Virus record (IMG/VR): IMGVR_UViG_3300050821_017570
Span: 32,001 to 96,000 of that record
Direction: 5' to 3' (one strand)
Source of the DNA: a virus
Length of the DNA: 64,000 nucleotides
In this document: positions 9,602 through 19,439 of the stretch, piece by piece
How the letters are laid out: each line of letters begins with the position of its first letter
Numbering within the stretch: the stretch's first letter is position 1
Program-made: the position numbers and the translations under genes
Notes under the pieces: model-generated
The model's input: the letters and a program-made list of their open reading frames with translations, nothing else
What the model was told of the DNA's origin: nothing
Database searches by the model: none

Positions 9602-10273
9602 TTAGTGGAGAGGAAGAAGAACGAAGTTACCAGCCCAGTGCTCGGTCAGACCGGTCACCGGATGCGTGATCGTGAGGCCACCAGACGAAACCACCAGATC
9701 GCCCACCGCTACGTGTTCAGTCTTGAGCGGACGGCCATCAGCGTCTTGGAAAATCACCGTAAACGCCACAACATCATGCTGCAGCGAATGCGGGGCACCA
9801 TGATGGTTGCGGTAGTAGTGATGGGCCCCATAGGCACCACCACCAAGCGCACACACCGACATGATGACCGATATGAGACCAGAAATCTTATGAATCTTCG
9901 ATGCACTCACGGCGGCTGCGTGGCTCGGGCTCGTGTTAGAGAACTCTGACGTCACCTGTCCCCAAAGAGCAAAAATATGAGCCAGCACCCAACGGACCGC
10001 CGGATGTATACACTGCTTTACCAGCAGGACCAATCGCGAGAGCGGGGCATAGCAGATTCGGACCAGCCGATGGATCGTCACTGACATCAGACCGGACACC
10101 AGACTCGTGAGCCGCTTCGATAGAGCAGGTTCATCCTTCAGGACAGCTTCGGCCTCCTGCCAATACTCAACCACCTTACCAGATGCGGCGGCCTTGAGGA
10201 TTGCGATGACATGCTTGGCATCCGTCACTAGGACGGTTAGCCAACCGTGGAGAAGAGCGAGAAGTTTCGTCAT
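9602..10273 (-). CDS. Hypothetical membrane-associated protein
   Basis: ORF with hydrophobic segment ISGLISVIMSVCALGGGAYG. Confidence 0.5.
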   Translation of the reverse strand: MTKLLALLHGWLTVLVTDAKHVIAILKAAASGKVVEYWQEAEAVLKDEPALSKRLTSLVSGLMSVTIHRLVRICYAPLSRLVLLVKQCIHPAVRWVLAHIFALWGQVTSEFSNTSPSHAAAVSASKIHKISGLISVIMSVCALGGGAYGAHHYYRNHHGAPHSLQHDVVAFTVIFQDADGRPLKTEHVAVGDLVVSSGGLTITHPVTGLTEHWAGNFVLLPLH

Positions 10274-10281
10274 ACAATATC

Positions 10282-10569
10282 CTATCTACTAACTAATGGT
10301 TGCAGGCACCAACGACCACTCTTGAAGGTGGCCATCCGCTGGGTCCCAATGGGGATTTGGTGATCAGACTTCTGAATCCCAAGACAAAACACAGGCGTAT
10401 CGAGAATGGTCGGCTTTTCCATGATGCCGTTCCCATAGACGGAAGCCCTGTGTTTGGTACGCGTATCCCTGGTGTCGTCGTTAGCCGTGATGATACAGAT
10501 GGCGGTATAGCCTTCTGGGATCGCCGGTAACCGAACGCTACGTGGGTAAAACTTGGATCTCGCTAGCAT
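10282..10569 (-). CDS. Hypothetical protein
   Basis: ORF fits gene tiling. Confidence 0.45.
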   Translation of the reverse strand: MLARSKFYPRSVRLPAIPEGYTAICIITANDDTRDTRTKHRASVYGNGIMEKPTILDTPVFCLGIQKSDHQIPIGTQRMATFKSGRWCLQPLVSR

Positions 10570-10608
10570 GGTTACCTTAGGCTCAAAACGTATCAGGAGG
10601 GTTTCGGC

Positions 10609-10836
10609 TTACAACGCTTTGTTGGCGTTGAGGGCTCCACGGGCACTCGTGAGGATAAACAGCAGATTAAGGACAACGAGGGGTAACGAGTGAATCGCTA
10701 GGCCAAACAAAACCCAGAATAAGTCACTAACGATCCAAACGATAAACCCGATACGGCGCCACTTAGCTAGCTTGGAACCAGCCGGCCAAGCCCCGAGCGC
10801 GCCTAGCGCCATACCGACCCAGTCGAACCAATGCAT
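10609..10836 (-). CDS. Small 3-TM membrane protein, PnuC/PQ-loop-like
   Basis: Three hydrophobic helices; GF.VWIVSD.FW..FG pattern. Confidence 0.4.
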   Translation of the reverse strand: MHWFDWVGMALGALGAWPAGSKLAKWRRIGFIVWIVSDLFWVLFGLAIHSLPLVVLNLLFILTSARGALNANKAL

Positions 10837-11885
10837 CAGGGGGCTTGGTAGAAAAAGAAGTCGAACCCAGGATTCGTCCCATTCGTGGGATAGAGGGTCG
10901 TCATGGTGGTGATGGGGCTGAGAGGAATATTGAGGGCACCGTAGTTGATCTGGATCGGAACGTAGGTGCCGGCGTTCGGGTACCCACCGCCAGTCGTGAT
11001 GTGAGCGGTGCCGATCGATGCGTTGATACCAAACCAGACCGCAAACTGTGACGGCAGATTGGACCGATTGAAACTGTAGCTGGTGGTTGGGTAGACGATA
11101 TTGAAGGTCGCCTGGGTCGTGATGATACCCTGATCGTGCGGCGCAGTCGTGTTATCGATCGTGGTGGTCTGACCGGACAACGTGATGACACCCGTATAGG
11201 GCGACGGCACTCCCGTGAGGGTTGATGGCGTTAGGGTCTGCAGGATCGACAGGGTGGGCGGCACCGTTAGGCCAGCCGAGAAGTCAGCCAGATAGAGGTT
11301 CGCATAGATGGCAAACTTGTATGGTACGAGACCCCAGGTTTGCGTGCTTGGCGTGACGCTAACCGTCGGGTCGATCGTGAACGCCTGCTGGGGTATCGTG
11401 ATGTACCACTGGTTACCACCAACGAGCGTACCAGGAGATACGACGGTTGTGATGGCCGCGTACTGGCGGATCCCCAGGTCATAACCAATCGGGTAGGGGC
11501 CAGACCCACCGGGAAAGGTCGGAACAGCGAAGCTCTCATCAAATAGGAACCCGAGATTAAAGTAATGCATGTTCGGGACCGCATCGCCAATCACGGGCCC
11601 AGACGTAATCGGAATGGTCTCACTACCGTTGCAGGTAGCGAGACTGGTCGAACCCGATCCCTCGGTGATGTAGCTGCTGTAGGCGCACGGGAACTCATTA
11701 TAGAGGACCAGTGGGTCCCCAACGTACATGGCGAACGGCGGTAGAAACGCCACATTGCCAACCACCATGTCACCGATATAGGTGAGCCGGTTGGCCTGCA
11801 GGGTTGGCGCCCCCGTTGTATCGACTGGATGCGAACCACTCGGGATGTCGACTGGCTCGCCCGTGTAGGTGCTGTACTGGGCCAC
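10836..11885 (-). CDS. Probable virion structural protein
   Basis: T/G/P/Y-rich beta-type composition, next to other structural genes. Confidence 0.5.
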   Translation of the reverse strand: MAQYSTYTGEPVDIPSGSHPVDTTGAPTLQANRLTYIGDMVVGNVAFLPPFAMYVGDPLVLYNEFPCAYSSYITEGSGSTSLATCNGSETIPITSGPVIGDAVPNMHYFNLGFLFDESFAVPTFPGGSGPYPIGYDLGIRQYAAITTVVSPGTLVGGNQWYITIPQQAFTIDPTVSVTPSTQTWGLVPYKFAIYANLYLADFSAGLTVPPTLSILQTLTPSTLTGVPSPYTGVITLSGQTTTIDNTTAPHDQGIITTQATFNIVYPTTSYSFNRSNLPSQFAVWFGINASIGTAHITTGGGYPNAGTYVPIQINYGALNIPLSPITTMTTLYPTNGTNPGFDFFFYQAP

Positions 11886-11888
11886 CGG

Positions 11889-12743
11889 TTAGTTCCAGAC
11901 AGGGGACTGTACGTACCAAGCGCCAGCGATACGGGTGGCGATCGCCCACGTGCCGGTCGCTAAGGTGGAACTCCCTGAGATCTGAAGCTGTGTGACCGGT
12001 ACGCCAGTATCGGTGTACGGTTGGGTTGGGCCCAACGCGTAGAAATTCGCCGTATAGGAGGCACCTGGACCACCACCGGTGATTTCACAAAGACAGGTGT
12101 TGCTGCCCAGTGGACTCACCGACCATGCGTAGCTGTAACCCATCGGGAGGGCACCGGTAATCTGGCTGGCTGGCAACCGGGCGTTAATCAGCTGGAGCGC
12201 CCCTGGCATGGCGGCATCCATGGCAGGATTCAGGGCAAACACACCATCGAGATTCGTCGACAGGTATCCCATCTTGGACCGTGTCGAATGCCCCGTTTGG
12301 TCCACAAACTCCAGCTCCATATACTGGCCCGCATAGGCGGTCTGATAGGTTGTGGTACCAAAGTTGAGGTAATTGGTAACCGCCACGGCAGTGAATGTCG
12401 GTTCAATCACCGTGCTGTAGCAGGTCGTCGTTCCCGCATCAACCGACGCATCCTTACGAATCAGAACGAACGGTTGATTCGCACGTATGTACGAGATGGG
12501 GAGGGTTGGTGCCACCACGGTGCCGAACCAAAATAGGTTCGCCGCATACGCCGTACACGGTATGGCGTTCGGTAGCATCACCCTGACGGTCAGATTCGTT
12601 CCAGGCGGACCCGCCGGCGTATCAGAGTCATTGATCACGCAGGTTGCCAAGGCCTGGCGCTCCCCTGCGGGACTCGACATGTCGGTCGAGTCCTCAACAG
12701 TGGTCTGAATGACCCGCCCCCTAAATAACGCCGGATCCGACAC
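11889..12743 (-). CDS. Probable virion structural (tail) protein
   Basis: Long ORF, beta-rich composition, coupled to neighbours. Confidence 0.5.
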   Translation of the reverse strand: MSDPALFRGRVIQTTVEDSTDMSSPAGERQALATCVINDSDTPAGPPGTNLTVRVMLPNAIPCTAYAANLFWFGTVVAPTLPISYIRANQPFVLIRKDASVDAGTTTCYSTVIEPTFTAVAVTNYLNFGTTTYQTAYAGQYMELEFVDQTGHSTRSKMGYLSTNLDGVFALNPAMDAAMPGALQLINARLPASQITGALPMGYSYAWSVSPLGSNTCLCEITGGGPGASYTANFYALGPTQPYTDTGVPVTQLQISGSSTLATGTWAIATRIAGAWYVQSPVWN

Positions 12744-13138
12744 TAGTAGCCTCTATCATCCGCTTCTGGCTTGAAGTTCGGGTTCCGCTCCAGCCTCAGC
12801 TGGTAGGCAATCTCACCGTCCAACAGGATGTTGTAGCCGGTAAGTCGGTACGGGATGCGTGAGCGCCCAAACGAGATCTCCTGCCCCTCAGCACAACGAG
12901 CGGTAATCATGCGAGCCTGATCAATCACCTGATCGATGCTGCTACCCCTCTGGACGGGTTGGAAGATCTTATGCTCATGCCCTTCCTGATCCACCACTAG
13001 GGCCACCATTTGCAATCGCGTGTCGGATGCCTGTCGCAGCACCTCATCGGAGCAGGTGTCCCAGTGGAATGGTTCCATCACCTTAACCCCCATGGTGGCC
13101 TCCGCGGCCAAGTATGAGTTTCGGTCGAATCGGGTCAA
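12743..13138 (-). CDS. Hypothetical protein
   Basis: ORF; stop overlaps next start. Confidence 0.5.
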   Translation of the reverse strand: MTRFDRNSYLAAEATMGVKVMEPFHWDTCSDEVLRQASDTRLQMVALVVDQEGHEHKIFQPVQRGSSIDQVIDQARMITARCAEGQEISFGRSRIPYRLTGYNILLDGEIAYQLRLERNPNFKPEADDRGY

Positions 13139-13157
13139 CCTCTACTGGTAAAGCCAA

Positions 13158-13532
13158 TCAGGTGGGATCAGCAGGCTGATCGGTTTGCGGGGCCGGCGCT
13201 TCTGCCGGAACTCGAACCACCCGCACGGTACCATCAGCCAGAGCGTCCTCCAGGTACATCTCCAGCAGCATCATCTGGGTCTCATGGGTCGCTACCTGAC
13301 GGCCATAGGGGGCCCAGATAGACGTCCAGTAGCCACGGATCATGAGACCCGCACACGCGTTGGCCATTCGAGCGCCAGCGAGATTGCCAACCCGCCTGCC
13401 CAGCAGGCCAGACACGACAAAACGTGTCACACGGATCGCCAGCTTACCGCAAAAGGGTAGCAGCTTGAGAAATCCAACCAGCGGCAGCGTGATCAGGACG
13501 AACCCAGCATAGTAGCGAAGCGATTTAAGCAT
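13158..13532 (-). CDS. Hypothetical membrane protein
   Basis: Hydrophobic N-terminus; AAAGGGGA RBS. Confidence 0.5.
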   Translation of the reverse strand: MLKSLRYYAGFVLITLPLVGFLKLLPFCGKLAIRVTRFVVSGLLGRRVGNLAGARMANACAGLMIRGYWTSIWAPYGRQVATHETQMMLLEMYLEDALADGTVRVVRVPAEAPAPQTDQPADPT

Positions 13533-13566
13533 CGTGGTCCCCTTTCGGGATCATGGGATTGGATAG

Positions 13567-13603
13567 TAAAAAACAAGAGGGCAGGGGTTGAACCCCTGCC
13601 CTC
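13567..13603 (-). terminator. Rho-independent terminator
   Basis: GAGGGCAGGGGTT/AACCCCTGCCCTC stem followed by TTGTTTTTT on minus strand, downstream of 13629..14267. Confidence 0.8.
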
Positions 13604-13628
13604 CACGCGAACCACTCTATCGGCCTAA

Positions 13629-14267
13629 TTAGGCGAGGGGGTTCACCACAGTGACGGCGATCGTGCACGAGCCAGCCGTCAGAACATTCAGGTCCGCACC
13701 AGTCGAGGTGGCGGTCAGTAGGATGGCGGTCGAGCTAGTGGCAGACTCGATACCAGCGACCCCACCAAGCTCAATATTGTCACCAGCCGTCAGAACCGTG
13801 TGGGCGGCCATGTACTTGGCGAGCGTACCGGTGATACCAACCTCAACCGTCACGTTGGTGACCGAAGGGCCAGCAAAGTGCGGGGTAGCGGCAGCCTGGA
13901 TCAGATCCACGCCAACGATCTTGTAGCTGGCAGGAAGCGTCAGGAGGGTAAACGAACCAGTCGTCACGGCGCCCAGGGCAACCAGCTCAGCATACCCAAC
14001 CGTAATCGGAATCACGACCGGGATGTTGACGACATTGGAAATCGTCGCCGGGGTCAGGCTAGCGTAGGGGTTGGTCACGCAGCGCCAGCTTGCCGCACCA
14101 GCCGCGTTGCTCAGGCAGACGTACTGATTCCGAGGGCTGACCGACGTATCGACCCAAAGGGTGCCCTCAAAGATGCCGAGGGTGCTGTCATCGGACACGG
14201 TCGGCGCACGGTCCTGATAAACCGTCCAGCCAAGATCAGTGAGTAGACGCTTCGTTAGGGTATGCAT
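13629..14267 (-). CDS. Virion decoration/fibre-like protein with shared N-terminal module
   Basis: Start refined to MHTLTK; APTVSDD..G..EGTLWV..YVCLSNAAGAASW matches module of 764, 1430 and 4036. Confidence 0.65.
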   Translation of the reverse strand: MHTLTKRLLTDLGWTVYQDRAPTVSDDSTLGIFEGTLWVDTSVSPRNQYVCLSNAAGAASWRCVTNPYASLTPATISNVVNIPVVIPITVGYAELVALGAVTTGSFTLLTLPASYKIVGVDLIQAAATPHFAGPSVTNVTVEVGITGTLAKYMAAHTVLTAGDNIELGGVAGIESATSSTAILLTATSTGADLNVLTAGSCTIAVTVVNPLA

Positions 14268-14549
14268 GATAATCCAAGCTTGTGTTGCGCTTAGTATAAG
14301 GGGGCCTATCAGGCGTACCAGATAGGATTTTCTTAGACCCGCTAGTGGGTGGCCCAATACTGGTTCGCCGCATGACGTTCCAGCTGTTTCGCCAATTCTC
14401 CCCACACCGGGTCGCCTGTCAAACTACCCCTATACCAGGTCATCGGAGCCCCTACTTCGCCCTCGTCGTCCCGTATGTAGTCCCGACCCTCATACTCGAC
14501 CCGCACGGGTTCATCCTACCCGCCGGCGGATACATGGTTGCCATAATGG

Positions 14550-14738
14550 CTATGTGGCGGCCTGCGGAGGCTCATATGGCTCCGGAAGCGGCTGCCACGC
14601 CACCACGTCCGGAACCGCCCAGCCGACCCCACTGAGCCAAAACGCCTGCTGGACCGCTCGCTTACCCTGGCTGTTGCAGCGGCTCACCAGGTAGTTGCCA
14701 CCCGTCTTGGGCACGCAGGGAGAGGTGAGCCAGGTCAT
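14550..14738 (-). CDS. DUF551-like phage protein
   Basis: W....P...G.YLV ... VVAWQPLPEPY. Confidence 0.6.
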   Translation of the reverse strand: MTWLTSPCVPKTGGNYLVSRCNSQGKRAVQQAFWLSGVGWAVPDVVAWQPLPEPYEPPQAAT

Positions 14739-14965
14739 TTGGGTGCCTGTGGATCAATCCACTGGAACTGAAGGACCGGGTCAGCCTCGTCTGCCTTGGG
14801 ATCGATAATCCATTTGGCCACCCCATGGTTGATCGCCTGGGACCGTACCACAGCGGTCCCCATCGCCTCACCAATCGGAATGCCAATCACGACGCCAAAT
14901 AAAACGATACCAATGATAATTCCGAAGAAACCGAAAAGTTCGCTAGTTGTTGGCTTATCACTCAT
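14735..14965 (-). CDS. Small membrane protein
   Basis: One TM segment; ATGA overlaps. Confidence 0.5.
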   Translation of the reverse strand: MSDKPTTSELFGFFGIIIGIVLFGVVIGIPIGEAMGTAVVRSQAINHGVAKWIIDPKADEADPVLQFQWIDPQAPK

Positions 14966-15201
14966 TTGGTTTCCTTACACCAGGCCACAACGGTACCGTT
15001 TGGCCCAAAAATCGGGAACCAGTGCTCGGTAAGAGCGTGCTTGGGTTCCACCGGTATCCGCATGACGATCACCTCGCGTGCACTCTCGGTCTCGCTGGTG
15101 GACAGCCCCAACCATACCCCGAGTGCCAAAATACTCATCGTGTACCAGCCCAACAGGACCGCATTCAGGACCTGCCGCAGTACCGTCACCCCGCTAGTCA
15201 T
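14962..15201 (-). CDS. Small membrane protein
   Basis: Start refined to MTSGV; TM segment. Confidence 0.4.
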   Translation of the reverse strand: MTSGVTVLRQVLNAVLLGWYTMSILALGVWLGLSTSETESAREVIVMRIPVEPKHALTEHWFPIFGPNGTVVAWCKETK

Positions 15202-15460
15202 GGGGGAACTCAGGCGCCGCACAGTGGCACCACATACAGCCGAGGCGACGATACTCAGCGATGTCGTCGATGGTCGACCAGTTGTTCCAGTTGCTATGCA
15301 GGGAGATGACTGGCCCACCCGCTCCGTGAGGGTTGTAGATCCAGATGTCGACCCCACTGGGCTGCATCTCGTCCATCACCTCAGGCAGCATGCTGAATGG
15401 GCGCCAGGCCTGCATCTCGTACCGCACCTGCGGTAGTCGCTTACGCTCAGCAAGACTCAT
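15194..15460 (-). CDS. Hypothetical protein
   Basis: Start refined to MSLAER; tiles with neighbours. Confidence 0.4.
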   Translation of the reverse strand: MSLAERKRLPQVRYEMQAWRPFSMLPEVMDEMQPSGVDIWIYNPHGAGGPVISLHSNWNNWSTIDDIAEYRRLGCMWCHCAAPEFPHD

Positions 15461-15671
15461 GGTTTTCCTCTTTGATCGTGACAACAAAGTTACCCGGATG
15501 GTCAATCCGACAGCTATCAAAGCAATCGGGACAGTCTTCGTTATCGCCAGTCGCCTCAACCCACGCGGCAAACCGATCACCCATTCCGACGGGAATGAAG
15601 TACCAGTGGGCGTCATCGTCCTTGGTGAAGAACCCGGTGGTTGGGCGCTTCACCGGTTTGGCTGACTTCAC
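15447..15671 (-). CDS. Hypothetical protein
   Basis: ORF tiling. Confidence 0.45.
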   Translation of the reverse strand: MKSAKPVKRPTTGFFTKDDDAHWYFIPVGMGDRFAAWVEATGDNEDCPDCFDSCRIDHPGNFVVTIKEENHESC

Positions 15672-15871
15672 GACGACCGACTGAACCGATAGTGTCGCCT
15701 ACGACGCGCGTCAACCGGCCGGATAATGCCGTCCGCGGTGCCCCACAGACAAGCATGATAGGCCCGTTCGGCTGCGGCCTCACGTTCACCGAAGAACTTC
15801 TCAAGCGCCTTACTCCGTAGGGTACGCGCGCTCGAAGCATCGATAGCAGTTACCCAGTTGCGCCAGCTCAT
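15668..15871 (-). CDS. Hypothetical protein
   Basis: ATGA overlap with upstream gene. Confidence 0.45.
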   Translation of the reverse strand: MSWRNWVTAIDASSARTLRSKALEKFFGEREAAAERAYHACLWGTADGIIRPVDARRRRHYRFSRSS

Positions 15872-16074
15872 CGCTCTAACCACGTTTCAGAGATCTTGAG
15901 GTTGTAGCTGCGGGTGGCGAACTCGCCAGCCTTGCGAGCTTCACGCACCATATCGGTATCGGCGCCCAGATGGGTCAGAATGCTGGCAAGGCGACGCTTC
16001 GCCGCAGTCTTGGTACGATAGGCGGTTGGGACGACTTGGCTGCCGTCACGCTCCGTTAGGATGAAAATCTTCAT
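15868..16074 (-). CDS. Hypothetical protein
   Basis: ORF tiling. Confidence 0.45.
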   Translation of the reverse strand: MKIFILTERDGSQVVPTAYRTKTAAKRRLASILTHLGADTDMVREARKAGEFATRSYNLKISETWLER

Positions 16075-16104
16075 ATTGTGGTTTCCGAAAAAGATAGAAA
16101 TGAA

Positions 16105-16443
16105 TCAATCTGACAATTCAGCCGTACTGACCGAGCCGCTAGCCGCCGGTGGCTCATACGGTGCACCGGTTCGCCACGGAATGTCGGTGGCGGATTCAAC
16201 GTCGAGGCAGAATTCCTCCAACGCATCCAGCAGATCGCGCTTACCATACTTGCTGCAGTCCTCGTAACCGGGAATCGTTGCGAACGTTCCGTCAGCCAGC
16301 ATGGTCTTAATCTGCTGGTATGTGTACTGGTTGAGTGAATCCATCGAGTACCAAACCGATAGGTTCTGTTCCTCCTTGGTCGGCCCACTATCACAGTGCC
16401 AAAAGATGTACCATTCGGAATCACTCCAACGGCAATAGCTCAT
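16105..16443 (-). CDS. Hypothetical protein
   Basis: MSYCRWS start, GGAG RBS. Confidence 0.55.
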   Translation of the reverse strand: MSYCRWSDSEWYIFWHCDSGPTKEEQNLSVWYSMDSLNQYTYQQIKTMLADGTFATIPGYEDCSKYGKRDLLDALEEFCLDVESATDIPWRTGAPYEPPAASGSVSTAELSD

Positions 16444-16754
16444 CTGTTGCTCCTAATGAGATCATCGAAAAACCAACACCATTCGACACACTTGAACCCA
16501 TCACCCGCCACTCGGAAACAATACTCAGCGCTCAGGAGCCCTGACCCTTTCGAGTAGGTGAACTTGAGCCCAATTTGGTGAGCCCGATGGCTAACCGCAC
16601 GAATGACCTGACCGGCCATCAGAGCACCGATCTCGATCTGTCTGGTAGTGGTCATGACCCTACCGCCCAGCATTTCACCCACGGGGACCATCTGATCGAA
16701 ACTGAAATGACGATTTGGGTTACCGGATACGACGGGGCAATGAAACTCATGCAT
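16440..16754 (-). CDS. Hypothetical protein
   Basis: ORF tiling. Confidence 0.45.
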   Translation of the reverse strand: MHEFHCPVVSGNPNRHFSFDQMVPVGEMLGGRVMTTTRQIEIGALMAGQVIRAVSHRAHQIGLKFTYSKGSGLLSAEYCFRVAGDGFKCVEWCWFFDDLIRSNR

Positions 16755-17001
16755 TGTCGATATCCTCTGGTAGTTCGTGGATCTTCAGGCAAGCCGTACG
16801 TTCAGCCTGCAGTGACGCATTCAGACGATCCAACTCAGTAGCGATGGCTCGCAAGGTAGCAGCTGTCATATCCCCGGTATAGTGGTCTGGGCGCCAATGG
16901 GGATGACTCGTAAACCGGCAATCGGGATTCCAGACGTAAGCGCCTTGGTCACCCAGAATGATACCGAGATAGTTAGGAGCCGGAGGTGGAAGATCGCTCA
17001 T
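16747..17001 (-). CDS. Hypothetical protein
   Basis: ORF tiling. Confidence 0.45.
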   Translation of the reverse strand: MSDLPPPAPNYLGIILGDQGAYVWNPDCRFTSHPHWRPDHYTGDMTAATLRAIATELDRLNASLQAERTACLKIHELPEDIDNA

Positions 17002-17329
17002 CGTGTGCTTTCACGTAGGCCTCGTACTCAGCCTCTAATGGTGCGTTCAAACGGTTCAGCTCATTGGTCAGTACGGTTAGGCTACCGGCGTCTAGGAAAC
17101 CTTTGATCACGCGTGGCCACCAGACGTACTCACCTGTCTCGATCCGAACGATCCCATCCTCATGGAATCGACGAATCATATGGGAGCGCCACGGTTCCTG
17201 AACCGCAGACTCAGTAATCGGATTATCCGGTTTGGCCTCCAGCCGAGGCGGCACGGGTTCTGGTTCCGGTGGTAGTGGGATTCGGGAGCGCCGACGCCCA
17301 ACCAGCCCTTTAGATTTTGGTTTCGGCAT
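16973..17329 (-). CDS. Hypothetical protein
   Basis: Start refined to MPKPKSK. Confidence 0.45.
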   Translation of the reverse strand: MPKPKSKGLVGRRRSRIPLPPEPEPVPPRLEAKPDNPITESAVQEPWRSHMIRRFHEDGIVRIETGEYVWWPRVIKGFLDAGSLTVLTNELNRLNAPLEAEYEAYVKAHDERSSTSGS

Positions 17330-17483
17330 CTGGCTTAGCTTTCGCTGGTTTGGCTGTCTTGGTTTCGCTGTCGAGACGTCGCTGTGCCTCCTCAGGAGTG
17401 TCACCGTAGACCTTGAGTTCACCCGTAGCGGTCTTGACGGTCAGTTGGAAACGGCCATTGGGAAGCTTCTTGGGTTTACTCAT
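17310..17483 (-). CDS. Small basic protein
   Basis: Start refined to MSKPKK; GRFQLTVK...KVYGDTPEEA. Confidence 0.45.
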   Translation of the reverse strand: MSKPKKLPNGRFQLTVKTATGELKVYGDTPEEAQRRLDSETKTAKPAKAKPDAETKI

Positions 17484-17490
17484 CTGGCTC

Positions 17491-17862
17491 CTAACAAGTA
17501 AGTTCGCCGACGCTCTGGTCGTCGATCGTGTAGATAAACCTGGTACACCCAAGGTGCCCAAGCAGACGCTGACACTGCTGGCACGGACGGGCCAGCCGGA
17601 TCCGATGATCGCGGCCTATCCGGACGTTAATGCAGCAGAATTCATCTCGCGAGAGCCGACGCCTCGCTTTACTGTAGGCGCAATACTCCGCATGGAGGGT
17701 GCGCTCATAGTAGGGGTTCGGCTCATCTATATTCATGCCACACGAGAGGATCTCTCCGTGCTGGAAGATAAAGCTAAAATGTTTGAACCCGAGAGTGTTC
17801 TGGAACCGACGGTCAAAGGCGCGCCGGATACACTCCCGGACCACCTTCTGACCGGGTCTCAC
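17491..17862 (-). CDS. Zinc-dependent cytidine/dCMP deaminase-fold protein
   Basis: HAE and PCQQC motifs. Confidence 0.75.
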   Translation of the reverse strand: MRPGQKVVRECIRRAFDRRFQNTLGFKHFSFIFQHGEILSCGMNIDEPNPYYERTLHAEYCAYSKARRRLSRDEFCCINVRIGRDHRIRLARPCQQCQRLLGHLGCTRFIYTIDDQSVGELTC

Positions 17863-17930
17863 GTTACTCTTTCGTATTCCTAAGGTACCACAACAGGATC
17901 AGCAGCCCAATCACCAACATGATGAGGAGA

Positions 17931-18746
17931 TCAACCATTGGGTTGGCGCCCTCGGTTAATCACACCTTCCGTCGTCATCTGAATGTTGACCTCTGGAAGC
18001 AACCGTACGTTTTCGTCATTCACGTGAGCGTGTTGGACACCGTTAACGGTCCACATGTCACCGTTCGCTGGGGTCGGATTCGGGTCAGGGTCGACCGGCA
18101 ACCCTAACCCATGCCATCTGTTGCCCGTCCATAGGTAGGGTTGACCTGTGAGGGTGTTCCACACCATACCACCAGCGGTTTGTGGCTGACCAGGTTGAGG
18201 AGTAATGGCCTCAGCCACGCCTTCACCAGTTTGGCCAAACTGAAGCTCAACATCATCATCATCGGGCGGTGGCACCGGTGGGTAGACCACCATCGTGGTG
18301 TTTTGGGTTGTGGTTATCGTGGCGCCGGTAGCCCGCTGGGTCCCTGGCCATTGCTGGGCATGGGCCTCATAGAGCTGGCCAGGATTCAGCACACCATTGG
18401 TAATGCCGATACCGTAGTCACGACCAAGTCGCTCATCCTTGTATCCAGCGGGGGTATCGCGCCACTTACGAACCTCTTCACAAGCGCGCCACACACGATC
18501 ACGCGATCGTTGGTCAAACAGTTCGATATGTTGCTGGATCCAATCGAGTTCCGTACGACCCAAACGGATAAGCCGGCAGTTTTCCATGCCGAACCATGGG
18601 CCACGGACCTCTAGTCGATCATAAGTTTCATTGAAGGTGTATTCGTACCATGTGAACCCAGCCGCTAGATCAATCTCAATGTCGGGAAGGGCGGTATAGC
18701 CTTGGCCATCTGGTAGCTCAATGTTGCGCATGCGCCCTAGTGTCAC
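17931..18746 (-). CDS. Hypothetical protein
   Basis: Long ORF; C-terminal G.MVWN/GDMWT segments. Confidence 0.55.
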   Translation of the reverse strand: MTLGRMRNIELPDGQGYTALPDIEIDLAAGFTWYEYTFNETYDRLEVRGPWFGMENCRLIRLGRTELDWIQQHIELFDQRSRDRVWRACEEVRKWRDTPAGYKDERLGRDYGIGITNGVLNPGQLYEAHAQQWPGTQRATGATITTTQNTTMVVYPPVPPPDDDDVELQFGQTGEGVAEAITPQPGQPQTAGGMVWNTLTGQPYLWTGNRWHGLGLPVDPDPNPTPANGDMWTVNGVQHAHVNDENVRLLPEVNIQMTTEGVINRGRQPNG

Positions 18747-18997
18747 CGATGAACAAACGAATCAAGCACAATATGATCGGCATCCTCTGGGTCCAGACAA
18801 TGCTCGTACCAGGCCTGGAAGTCCTCCATCGTTCTGACGAGACCTTCGATATTCTCGTTACGAGGGAACTCAATCAGGTTGGTGCGCCAGATCGGTACAC
18901 TGAATGGGCTTACGTAACGAAACCAGTAATCCCAAACAGCCAGCTGGCGTCGACTCGTCAGGCTAAGCCCCATCAGGAGGGGAATCGGTTTTCTCAT
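18743..18997 (-). CDS. Hypothetical protein
   Basis: Start refined to MRKPIP. Confidence 0.4.
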   Translation of the reverse strand: MRKPIPLLMGLSLTSRRQLAVWDYWFRYVSPFSVPIWRTNLIEFPRNENIEGLVRTMEDFQAWYEHCLDPEDADHIVLDSFVHR

Positions 18998-19439
18998 CTG
19001 GTACCTTTCTGGCACCGACGTAACGGGTAATACGGGCCGTCTTGGCCCCATACAGGAGATCAAACGCAGGGCTGCCGCGAGCGATGTTTCGGCTACCCAG
19101 CGGCCCCACACCGAGTCGGCGAAGGGCCCGTCGGAGGGTCGCCACATTCACCCCAACCGAATCAGCGATCTGCTGGGCCAACCGCCCCTGTCGCACCATC
19201 AGCTGGATGTGCGGGATCAGCTCCTGCCACTGTCGGGTGGATCGGCGTCGCCACCGGGGCGGTTGCAGCGGACGTTTGGGGCGCTGGCATCCCAGGAGGG
19301 TTCGCTTGTCCGCTACCGTCCTCAGTGACTTCCCCAGCTGGACCGCGATATCCAAGTTGGTGCGAGCCGGGTCCTGGAGTAGTGGTAGCCATTGCGTCTG
19401 ACTGCAACCACGTAATGGCTGATTCGGTGGCCGAGACAT
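18963..19439 (-). CDS. Helix-turn-helix DNA-binding protein (two HTH-like motifs)
   Basis: NLDIAVQLGKSLRTVAD and AQQIADSVGVNVATLRRALRRLG. Confidence 0.55.
   Translation of the reverse strand: MSRPPNQPLRGCSQTQWLPLLQDPARTNLDIAVQLGKSLRTVADKRTLLGCQRPKRPLQPPRWRRRSTRQWQELIPHIQLMVRQGRLAQQIADSVGVNVATLRRALRRLGVGPLGSRNIARGSPAFDLLYGAKTARITRYVGARKVPDEKTDSPPDGA

Noticed and set aside
13577-13603. GGTTGAACCCC resembling a tRNA T-arm
   Set aside because: It is a single long hairpin with a U-tract (terminator) and has no cloverleaf
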